The notes under the pieces were generated by a model. That model did no database searches, was not told where the DNA came from, and saw only the letters and a list, made by a program, of their open reading frames with translations. A stretch of 63,906 bases of DNA, filler included, from Collodictyon triciliatum (taxonomy: Eukaryota): the NCBI GenBank assembly GCA_043381765.1. It is 7 parts of 7 records of this genome, joined end to end, with 100 filler letters (N's around TTAATTAATTAA, not from the genome) between each part and the next. Parts side by side here need not be neighbours in the genome. Positions count along the whole stretch, not along the records: positions 1 to 23,914 come from JBHJMP010000857.1; positions 24,015 to 41,412 come from JBHJMP010000858.1; 5 more parts are not named here. One strand, 5' to 3'. Made by a program: the position numbers and the translations under genes. This document shows positions 16,192 through 27,998 of this stretch, in pieces (position 1 is the stretch's first letter; the number at the start of each line of letters is the position of its first letter).

Positions 16192-19100
16192 GTGCGGAAC
16201 GCAGGGTCTCTGTGGGCGGCCGATTGTGGCCTTGGTCTGAGAACGGCGTGTCGTTTCGCGGAGGTGGAGAGGCGGAGAGAAGCGGAGGCGCGGGAGGAGG
16301 AGCTGGTTGTTCTCGGGGAGCTGCTGCAGCGGCCGGCGGAGAGCGTGGAGCGGGAGCAGATTGTGTGGCTGCAGGGGCGGGGGCTGACGGGGCTGCCGGC
16401 GGGGCTGTGGCGGCTGACGCGGCTGTGCGTGCTGGACGTGCACGAGAACCGGGTGCGGGAGGTGGACGGGGGGCTGGTGGCGCGGCTGTGGCGGGTGCGG
16501 ACGCTGGATCTGAGCAACAACGCGGTGCGCGCGCTGCCGGACGCGGTCTCCCGACTGACGCTGCTGGAGTCGCTGCACCTTGCGCACAACGCGCTGGAGG
16601 CGCTGCCGGGGTCCCTTGCCGCGTGCCACGCCCTCACCCGCCTGGTCCTCACAAACAACCGCCTGACCGCCCTGCCCGCCGCCCTCTGGACGCTGCCGCG
16701 CCTGGTGCGCTGTGCCCTCGACCACAACCGCCTGTCCGCCCTGCCCGCCTTTGCCCCCGGCGCCGCCCTCGCGGAGGTGCAGCTGCGCCACAACGCCCTC
16801 GCCGCCCTGCCCGCCTCCCTCGCCCTCCTCACCGCCCTGCGCCTCCTCGACGCCTCCCACAACGCCCTCACCGCCCTCCCCGCCGCCCTCGCCCTGCTGC
16901 TGCTGCTGCGCCGGCCCCGCCCCGCCCTGCTGCGCCTGGACGCCTCCCACAACGCCCTGACCGCCCTCGCCGATGCGGAGGAGGGTGATGGCGGTGATGG
17001 TGATGGTGGTGGTGATGATGATGATAGTGATGATGACGATGACGATGAGGAGGACGATGACGATGACGATGACGATGACGGTGACGGCGACGACGTCCGC
17101 AGCTACAGCCGCAATCGCAGGCAGCCGCAGCGCGAGGTGCTGCTGAGCCACAACCGCATCTGCAGCGTGGAGGGCGTGTGGGCACGGGCGCTGCTCTGCG
17201 GGCGCGGCTGCACGCGGGTCGGGCTGGACAACAACCTGCTGACGGGGCTGCCTGGCACAGCCACAACCACAACCACCGCCACAAGGCGCGTGCGGGGAAC
17301 AGTGTGGCTGGACGTGGAGGGCAACGCGCTGACCGGGCTCGGGGCAGGCGGATGGGGATGGGGGCGGGTGACGCGGCTGTGGGCGGGGCGCAACGCGGTG
17401 GGCGGGGTGGAGGCGCGGGCGGTGGGGCTGCTCGGGCAGGGTGCGGGGCTGCGTGTGCTGGACGTGCGGGGCAACGGGCTGAGTGCGCTGCCCGGGGCGG
17501 TGTCGCTGCTGACGCGGCTGCGTGTGCTGGACGCGTCGCACAACGCGCTGGGTGCGCTGCCCCCCGAGATGGGCGCGTGCACGGGGCTGGCGGACCTTGT
17601 CGTGCACACCAACGCGCTGAGCGCCCTGCCGGCGGACGCGGTGTCGCGGCTGACGCGGCTGCAGCGGCTGGACGTGTCGCACAACGCGCTGAGCGCCCTG
17701 CCGCCGCGCATGGACCGCCTGACGCGCCTGCGCCTCGTGCGCGCCGACGGCAACCCCCGCCTCCCCGCCCACGCCCTGCTGGCCCTCCACGCCTTCGACT
17801 TTGCCGCCGCCTCGCTCGCCCTCCCGCGCCGCGGCCTGACCGCCCTGCCCGACGCCTGGGCCCCCGTCTTCAGCCCCCTGCGCCTGGACCTCGCCGCAAA
17901 CGCCCTCGCCGCCCTGCCCGACTCCCTCGCCCGCATGTCGCGCCTCCGCTCCCTGCTGCTCGCCGCAAACGCCCTCGCCGCCCTGCCTGACTCCCTCGCC
18001 CTCCTCACCGCCCTGCGCCTCCTCGACGCCTCCCGCAACGCCCTCACCGCCCTCCCCGCCGCCCTCGCCCGCAACACCCTCACCGCCCTCACCGCCCTGC
18101 GCCTCGCCCACAACCGCCTCACCGCCCTGCCCTACACCCTCGCTGCCCTGCCCCGCTTGGCCCGCCTCGACGCCCGCGCGAACCCTTTGTGCCTGCCCCC
18201 TGCCGCCGTCGCAGACGCAGACGCAGACGCAGACACAGACGCAGACACAGACGCAGATGTAGATGTAGATGTAGATGTAGATGAAGATGAAGACGGAGAT
18301 GTAGATGAAGATGGAGATACAGACGCAAACAGCCCTCGCCCTCGCCCTCGCCCTCGCCCTCGCGCAAGGCCAAGCGCCCTCCTCGACTTCATGCGCGACG
18401 CCCTTCACGCGCAGGACATCTGCCTCACCGGCCGGCTGCTGCTGCTCGGCGACCAGGCCACCGGCAAGTCCTCCCTCGCCCGCACACTCGTCCACGGCCC
18501 CCGCACCTCCGGCCCTGCCGCTCCCTCCATCGCCACCCGCGGCACGCACGTCCTGCCCCACCCGCTCGAGCTTCTCGTCCACGAGCGCCGTGTCTCTCTC
18601 GCCCTCTGGGACTTTGGCGGCCAGCGCGACTTCCACGTCACGCACCCTTTCTTCCTCTCTGCACACTCCCTCATTCTCTTCACCTGGGACCCTGTCCGCG
18701 GACCCCGTCCCAGCCACGTTCACGAGTCCATCGGCCTCATCGCCTCCGTCCTCCCCGGTGCAAGAATCCTCGTCGTCGGCACAAAAGCAGACCACCCGAC
18801 CCTCGCCGCTCACCCCCATCGCCTCGCGAGGGTTGCGCAGCTTCGCCGTTTGCTCGATCCTTTCAGGGACCGCGTCGCAATCGATGACTACATCCTCGTC
18901 AGTAATTACACAGGCGAAAACATCGACATCCTCAAGCTCGCCATCGCGCGCTCCCTCTCCAAAATGAACTCCATCGCAATCCCCATCCCAAGGTCCTACT
19001 TTAGGGTCCTAGAGTTTACTCAGTCCGTCGCAAAGACACGAACCCCGCCAATTGCTTCCTTTGAAGAAATCGACTCCCTCTTGAAATCAGTCTCCACAAT

Positions 19101-21370
19101 ATCTAACCCAACCTCTGTTCTCCAATTCCTCCACGGCCTAGGCTTCGTTGTTTGGCATCCTCACGGTGAACTCATCCACTCGGTCATTTGTCACCCAAGC
19201 TTCCTCAACCGCATCTTTCTTCAGATATTCCACTCCTTGAGAGGCACATTCGATTTAGGTGCTTACTTGCACTCCTTTTTGTTCCCTAAATTCAACACAG
19301 AGTTCCCAGGTATGGCCAATCTCTGCATAGAAATATTTAGAAAGTTCAACTTGTCTTTTTCCATCGACCAAAGAATCGAAATATTCCCCGCTTTAATCCC
19401 CCCGGGATTCCCACCAAATCACCTATGGCCTTTACACACCCCTCCAGACACCCAGTCATCATCAACTTGCATCCTGCAATACGACTTCTTTCCGAATGGA
19501 TTATTTGCCAGAATTATCTCACTCTTAAACTCTGAAAAATATCTCGATAAGGATTCAGACACGAAGACAAACCTCTTTTACTTTAGTTCCACTCATTGTG
19601 TCTTTGATTTGCCTTTTAAATCATTTGAGTCAGTCGAACCTACCGAACCTACCGAACCTACCGAACCTACCGAACCTACCGAACCTACCGAACCTACCGA
19701 ACCTACCGAACCTACCGAACCTACCGAACCTACCGAACCCACCGAACCCACCGAACCCACCGAACCCACCGAACCCACCGAACCCACCGAACCCACCGAA
19801 CCTACCGAACCCACCGAACCGAGCCAAAGCCCGTTCAGTAAACAAAGGCAGCGCCTCTTGAGACCTAATTACAAATCCGACTCTACACACACGCCAGATG
19901 CAAATCAAAAAACTCCTACTTTTAGAGTTTTCATGGAGTATCAGAAGGCTGACTCGGAAATCACCATTCAAATTCGAAGTAGAGACCCTTCCATGACGTC
20001 TTGGAACGGACTCAATCGCGTCTTTCAAATCCTTGACAAAGTATACACAGCTTTTCCAGGCATCAAGTGCAGAAAATCTCTCGTATGTCCTTCTTGCGTC
20101 GGTGAACGATATACTTATGAGGAATGTGGTAAGATTTCGCTGCTTAACATAAACCACACACAGAGGCCCCCGATATGCTCTAGAAACCATTCCACTAAAT
20201 TTCAATCATGGCAATACACAAGTCACTTTGGTCCAACTAGAATGCCTCCTGCCTCCAAAGAAATTCCTCATATGTTTGCTCTCGATTTTGAGGAAAAGGG
20301 CATCCCCAAAAAAGTTTGGAAGCTTCTCTTGCTATGTGATCGCCCAAGATTTCCGCATATCGTTCCAGCCCTGGAATACAACGTGTTCAATCCAAGAGAG
20401 TTTATCAAGGCTAACGGGCCTTGGATAATGCGTGGGATAAAGTTTGGTTACGTCACTCAAACTATACTCCACTCAATCGCGGACCAACCCGTCAATCTCT
20501 TTCAAGACTACGGGGTAAACAGTCAAGCCTCCAGTCAAACTAGAGTACAAGCTACTGATGAACGTATGCGCTTGTTCATGCAAGTTTTCTTAAAAAACAG
20601 ATACGACTTGCACAATTATGCCCCTGCGCAAACATTCGAAACTCTCATGGTGGAATGGGAAAAGGAAAAGTCTTGGAAAAAAGTTCTACAACCATCTTAC
20701 CTGCATAATGGTCAAGTTAGATGGCTGTGTCACGATTGTGTAAAAAGGTTGCAAAATCTGGAATCCCAAAGCGTAATCTTCAATACAGGTCGTTCGGGGA
20801 AGCTCCTCAGCATGTCTGAGGTTTTTCGCATCTGGAGAGAACGGTTCTTTATGCTCGATCCTCAGCGTGGTAAACTGATTCGCTACAGAGACGCGTCAAT
20901 GCAGGAGTTTGCAGAGGAAATAGACTTGAAAGAAAAGATAAAGGCAATATTATATATATTTTAAATAAAGTCTATAAAGGATTTCACATTACTAGAAATG
21001 ACCATGATACGATTCCTTTTAACATATCTTTAATTCATCATATTACCCACCCATCATATCATATATTTAAAAAAAACACCTGCATCCTTATTCGCATTTA
21101 GGTGGGCACTTTTGAAACAGGAGATGAATTTTATGGATTTCGGATTCAAACGCCTTCAAAGGAATATTATCTGAAGGTTGATTTCAAACTTTTTTTTTGT
21201 GTGTGTATCTATGCCATAACTCCATACCCTCTGAATAATTGTTAACCCATCAAATATGTTAATATATTTCCTCCCTGGGTTCGCACAAAATCACAATCAA
21301 GGCGGACAATGCGTCTGAACGAAGCGCTTGGATGCAGTTACTGACTGAATTTGAATCAAAGGATTCTTGA
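16192..21370 (+). CDS. Roco-family protein: LRR - Roc GTPase - COR - Cys-rich region - PH domain (no kinase)
   Basis: Many LxxLxLxxNxLxxLP repeats; Roc motifs GDQATGKSS, ATRGT, LWDFGGQ, VGTKAD, VSNYTGENI; COR signature LQFLHGLGFVVW. The PH domain (GKLLSMSEVFRIWRERFFML...) is completed by exons 21102-21176 (VGTFETGDEFYGFRIQTPSKEYYLK) and 21302-21370 (ADNASERSAWMQLL...*). True start uncertain, possibly a short exon from ATG 16062. Confidence 0.9.
19636..19820 (+). repeat. 9-bp coding minisatellite (GAACC[T/C]ACC)n encoding (EPT)~20 inside the COR region
   Basis: Visible tandem array, in frame; CCT-type units are followed by CCC-type units. Confidence 0.95.
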
Positions 21371-21607
21371 CTTTTTTTTTCTTCTTCCGACTTCTACATT
21401 CCCTATCACAACAATGACTCATCATATTACGAATTTTTTTTTTTGGTTTGCTAGCCTCAACACCCATAGAAGTTGATTAGATAAACAATTGATTACAAGG
21501 CATCTTTGTGCCCGATGAACAAGAAAACCTTACTCTTTTTTTCCCGGCATATATAAAACAATTCACCTTATCTAAGCATTAAAACGGAGATGTTGCCTAA
21601 TTTATGA

Positions 21608-21689
<82 letters not shown>

Positions 21690-21990
21690 CGTCTTTGAAA
21701 TGAGAAGCAGTATATCCAGAATCGAGAAAAGCTTAAAAGATTGCGTGACAAGACGTTTTAATCTCGTGATGTGCGCTTAGTTCATTCAAAAATCCTCGGG
21801 AAGTATGAACCATTAACAAGTACCAAATATAATGTTTTGTCATACAGGAAGGAGGAAAAAAAAAAGTCTCGAAAACCAGAGGCGAGAGGAGGTGGGACGG
21901 AATGAAAGTATGACGAGTTTGGAAGTACAAGATGGACGAGAAGCTTTCACAGAATCCACAGATGCACCCAGTAGCAGACTTCTGAAACAG

Positions 21991-22771
21991 TCACGAATAC
22001 TCCAACCCAACCAGGATTCTCCCCGCTTCCTCTCGCGTTCGTGGAGTTGAGCGTAAAGGAATGCAACGAAGGCCGCGCCGCAAATAATCAAACATCATAA
22101 CGGACTAATGGAGACAATCTGGTTAATGCAAAATGAGCAAATGGCTTCATCGGAATGCTTGTTTTAATCTCATGAGATTGATTCACGACTTCTCACCTGC
22201 CCAATCCGCGACCACTGCGGAGATATATGCACATTTCCCTTTTGCATCGGGATGGTTTCGCCACTCTTTGGGTCCCATAGCCTGGCTATAATGCGGCTGA
22301 ATTTTTCCTAGACGCGTAAATAGAGCTTGTCAACCAAAAAATAAAATAAAATAAAAAATAAATATGAAATATTTTCTTAAATAAGAGAGCAAGCTAAAAT
22401 CAAAATAATGGGCGCTGTACATTAATGTTAAAGCTTTGGATCGTCTCGAGAAAGAATTGGTCCCAGTAAAACAGAGCACCGTGAGCTATAGCTACATGAG
22501 AAAAAAGAAAAAAAGAAAAAAAGAAAAAAAGAAAAAAAGAAAAAAAGAAAAAAAGAAAAAAAGAAAAAAAGAAAAAAAGAAGGAAAAATTGAGAGAATAT
22601 ACCAAAGTATGCTCTATACACTAAAGTTTTCCATCATGTGTCATTTCTAAAAATGAACCGTTACCAGATCCACTCAGGTACGAAAAAGACTGCTCCCCTA
22701 TCATAACACATAACTCACATACAGGTGGGTATGCACAGCCTGTTACTTTGGCACCTTGATAAAAAGTAAGA

Positions 22772-22806
<35 letters not shown>

Positions 22807-24084
22807 AAAAATAAATAAATAAAATAAATTGATTTCTCACTTATTGTTCAATATATTAATGAGAGTATATTTTTCAAAAGAGAACAACACCCACCTACAA
22901 TCCAAACAGAGAATCGCGTCAATGATGTTTTGTCAACCTTCGGGGCACTAGTGGGTAATCTCTTCATCCAAACTCTGTTATTTGAATATGGTTGGGTTAA
23001 TATGTAATATTCTGACATAACATTTTCCATGGTTCCTGATGTAAGTTAAAAAAAGTCTGTTAAAATAGAAGCATAATAACAAAATCAGTGTACCCTTCAG
23101 GTGATATTCTTAATGTGGTATGTCGAGTGGTCTCGTTTGTATCATTTTTCTGAAATTCAATTTCAATAGGGTTAATGTCACATAAATGGATTAAAAGGAT
23201 AATACGGACACATTATTGTAATGAGATACCCAAGAATATGCCTTTTAAAGATGAAATAGCCATCCATGTATAAGTTAATTGTTTTTTTTCTCCTTCTTCC
23301 ATTTTGGTTTGAATTGTCTAGTCTTTTATTATATGAACAAGTTATATGATATCATAAAAATATATGAATTCAGAGCGCTCACAATATCTTCACTCTTGGG
23401 GCTAGTTGTCACATTTGTCACACCAACACCTGCACCCGTGTCTTCTTCGTCAAAATCTTTCAATTGAATTTCATCCGATTTGATGATTGTAGCTTCTTGT
23501 TTTCTGTGGGATAGTAGGGGTTTCTTAACAAGTTCCATCAAAGTGGTGCCAAAAATGATTCAAGTTACACTTCTGGAGTCGGGCGGTTTGCAGATTCTCT
23601 TTTTTTCTGATGACGAGAAACATTGGATAGCACCTCGTTGATATCAAACTAATTGCGTTACTGGATTAACAATACTTTCCACAAATAAATTCACGAACCA
23701 CAACTTTTTATTTATAAACTATTAGGGATTATGGTTATATCATTCATACACCGCTGCTGTTGCTGGAGCCATGAGGTCTTCATATTTTTGAAATGAAACA
23801 TAAATACTTTTAGTTAATTATAATTATAAATGTTTTGACTGACTTTGTATGGCATAGCCTCGCTGCGCTTTGAATCGAATAATGAAAAAAAAAAAAAAAA
23901 GACATCACATAAAANNNNNNNNNNNNNNNNNNNNNNNNNNNNNNNNNNNNNNNNNNNNTTAATTAATTAANNNNNNNNNNNNNNNNNNNNNNNNNNNNNN
24001 NNNNNNNNNNNNNNAAAATTTTTAATTAATTATAAATTTAAAATTTTTGAATTAATTTTTATAAAAAAACCCCCCTGCGCTTTG

Positions 24085-24118
<34 letters not shown>

Positions 24119-26321
24119 TTCACTGAATAAGTTGCGACCACATGAAATACCAACCCCGGTCTATTTCTTCGAAGCGAAGCAGGCTTCAATATATATCCAC
24201 ATTTTCCATTCCCTGAAAACATGGACAAGATATTCCACGATAAATCTCTGTCGATCTGTTTCAAAAAGAAATCAGAAAAGAAACACTGGTGATTTACACA
24301 TTTTTCGGCGGTACTAAAAAAAAAAAAGGAATAAGGAGATAGAAAGAAGATAATCTTGTTAATTTAGGCTCTAATTATCAATCTATTCTCAAAAACGAAT
24401 TGCAATCCAAACATCCAGGTCACTCAAAATAACTTGGCAGCCTGCTTTCCAAACAGAATGCGCTTCACCATCTTGAATCTAACGAAATAATAATACTAAT
24501 AAAAAAACCTTAATACAAGTTTCCCCTCGTAACGATGTCTAAAATAAATCCCTCGAAACACATAAAATTAAGAAATTTACATATATCCAAACCTTGATGT
24601 TGATTTTAAGGTCTGGTTCTTTCAAAGCCGGGTCACTGACAATTCCGGATGGGTTTGTTGAGGATGGTATCTAAACAAGAATACATATAACTGTTCCGGA
24701 CTTCGTGCGATTGCGATTATTTTCTCCGGTCGATAAGAAACAGATAATCGAAATATCGCTGGAAACTTTGCTTATAATATATCTTCTTACGATGATGTCT
24801 TCTGCTGCCAAGTCTGAAACACCACTGATGAATTGCTTTGTTACATTAGAATCGAATTTGTTAACGTCTCGGCCCTGAAACTCTGTCCAGTTAAAGAAGG
24901 CGGTCATGCTGTCGAAATACAAATGAGAGGAGTGATTATTTTCTCCAAAAAAATGATGAATAGGTCGAGAGTAGTCTTGTTCAGTTAATTATTGCATGGT
25001 AATACGTGAGATAAAGAGATAGAAACATAGAGATAAAAAGAAAAAGGAACAAAAATGCCGACTTTGGTTGTAAATCTAGGTCATTTCCAGATAAAATCAT
25101 ATGACGAGACTTTTGAAGACGTTCAAAATGCATAATTTTTGTGAGGTCAGGATCTAGTCTAAGCACACCAGAGCCAAGAAGAGTAGTGTGAGGCCTTTGC
25201 GAGACAGCTGGAAAATCATATTCTGACTTTGACTACAAAGATTATATAATTAGATGAAAGGCGGATACACATCGGATTAATTCAGATGAAGATAGAAGTA
25301 CTATTTATGTTATTTTTCTTCAAGCAGAATACCTTTGCAGACCAACTTTGTTCAGTGGTCGGATTTGATGCAGTGGAAGGTTGGCGCATAACGATTGAAC
25401 CTCTTCGATTTGAAAATCCTACTGGACGTGTCGGGGTATCCAAAACCCTGTTTTCCGGCGGCAGAGAGCCTGGCAAGTTGGCAGCGGCGGTTTCAGCTAT
25501 TGCATTCGAATCAGTTTAAATTTTTTTTTTGAAAAAAAAAACAATAATACACCAAATTCTTTTATGCTGAATTTACGATTATTCGTTGATTATTTTCTTA
25601 TTTCATTTGTCTAATAAGTACAGGGATAAAATATATTTTACTTGGTTGAGTTATTTCAACTTTCAAAGCCTCTGAAAGCGCATGCCTTTTCTCAGACGTG
25701 TTTTTCAGTTCGTGGTTTTCTGGTGTTGGGTGTGCCCCGATTATCGACAAGGATCCACTACAGGTTTTGTGAAATCATCTCAAATATTATACCTTTTTCT
25801 TACATGATTTTAGTCGAATGATAATATATTTTTCAATAAAAGCAAGCAAACATCTCAAAGATAAATTTTTGTGTAAAAAAAACAACGAAAATGGTGGCAT
25901 ACGATGGGGTCGGTGCCAGTGTCGGCAAAATTACAGAGCCGCCGTAGGATTTTTCTTCAACTTTAAGAAGACCGGATGATGTTGAGCGTAATGGCTTTGC
26001 CTAGATTAATTCCGTTTTTTTTTGAGGGCCAAATTTGAAGACGTGTTATAGATTAGAATTCTCCAATTTTCAGTTCTGAGGTTGGTTGGACAAAATGCAA
26101 AAATATAGGGGGTTTCCTTCATAAAAAATATCTTAATGTGAAAATTTGCAGACCTGGGCCAATAAAGACCTGCGTCTGTTGGTAAGTGAAATTCTCCTGG
26201 AGCCATTCTATGAAATTTATCTATGATTTTTTGTTCTGGTGTATAACTCAAAAAATAGAAAGCAAAAAAAGAAAAAAAAGAAAAAAAGAAAAAAAGAAAA
26301 AAAGAAAAAAAGAAAAAAAAG

Positions 26322-26352
<31 letters not shown>

Positions 26353-27931
26353 AAAAGAAAAAAAGAAAAAAAGAAAATAAAAGAAGTAAATAATAATAAT
26401 AAAACCAATATGTTACAGTTGATTACATTATCGTTATATTCGCCTGCATTCTGAGGATTTGAATTCGAGGACTGCGTTTGACTACTGGTGCTTGCATCAA
26501 AAGCATTCGTTGTGGTAGATGAATCAGTATTTACAACTTCGTTGGTCTGGAAAAACCATAGATAAGCTATTTTCTCAAACTTGAGGTATACAGCCCAACA
26601 GCAAACGACAGCAAACGACAAGAATAATAAGAATAATTGGAATAATAAAAGATACAATGCTAACCAAGATTTAAATAATTATCAAAAGTACCTTTAGCCT
26701 GTAAATGCATTCGATGAGAAGCTTTCTTCTGAGAGACTGCGGTGCAGGCAAAGCTCCTTTAGTTGGAAAGGAAGGCGCTAAATGACCACCAAACACTTCT
26801 ATCTAAACATTTATGTATCACTAACAAAAAAAAAAATTCATTTTCTGATCCTTGAAATGAAATCCAACTTATATGATGCAGTGTAAGTTATACGATGATT
26901 TTTGCGAGCTGCTTTTGTTGAAGTCGATCACATCGAACATCGAGGGACAATATAAAGGGGTAATCACTGGACATCCAAGCAAACTTGACCACGGATTGGA
27001 ACAGCTCTCTTGCAGCCAGATTATAAACACCATACTGCTTGAATACAACAGGTTCTTCTTCTCCATCCCAACAATCAACCTCGATAAATCTATAATATAT
27101 TTATTCTAATTAGTGTTTAAACATGTATTTCGAAAAAAATATGAAAAAGAGTGGGATGATTGAATCAATTTTTTTTTCGAACCCAACCTAATTCCAGTTT
27201 TAAGAAGGTCAATGACGTGTCCCACAGCCCAGTGAACATCTGCTACAGAAAGTCTCCGATCAGCGATGAATCCACCTTTGTTGGCCTCATCTTTGGGACT
27301 GTTTTGCTCTTCAATAGGGGATATGGATACAGGTTGAACTATGTATATAAGTCAAGAGTTACATTAATTTATTTTATCATTATTGGACTGAAATATCGCG
27401 ATTTACAATCAAAATACGGTTGCATTTCGAGGTTTACTTTTTCATGCTAGAAAATGTATGTGATTAAATTTGATGAAAAAAAAAAGAAAAGAAAAAGAAA
27501 AAAGAAGACACGACGAGCGAATAGATGATGAGCAAGAATTAAAATTTTTTTCATACATTCTGATGTAAGCAGTTAAGTAAATCTAAATATTCATTCTCAT
27601 TACTCACTGGCATTAATCATCATAACCATTCTAGTTGCCTTTTTGAATCTGTCCTGAGGCTTTGCCTGAAGCAAATCGAGCGGGTGTTTGGGTGAGTAAA
27701 TTGATTACTTTTATGCGAAAAATGGCTATCCAAATGGAAAATAAACCGAATCTTTTTCTTCAGCTGGCTTCTTGGGCGAAGATGGAGGTAACGCTTCCTT
27801 TTTTAATGCTTGGATTTGACGCTCTTCGGATGTTAATTAAGTATAAGGTAAAAATTAGAAATTTATAAGTTGACCTCTTACTGAGATGTTTCTTCTTCAT
27901 TTCCTCTGGGATTTATGTTTACATCAGGAAC

Positions 27932-27998
<67 letters not shown>

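Noticed and set aside
16066-18819. 917-aa antisense ORF and other overlapping ORFs over the Roco LRRs
   Set aside because: Shadow ORFs of very GC-rich, repetitive coding sequence; low-complexity G/E/Q/R translation with no motifs.
19636-19820. Regular short repeats as a possible CRISPR array (also 54658-54836 and 56866-57050)
   Set aside because: Head-to-tail units with no unique spacers, in a eukaryotic context with no cas genes.
24015-24115. Apparent sixth retroposon copy or local tandem duplication (CCCCCCTGCGCTTTGAAAAA)
   Set aside because: It is a homopolymer-degraded rereading of ~23800-23900 at a contig end, so probably an overlapping low-quality read end.
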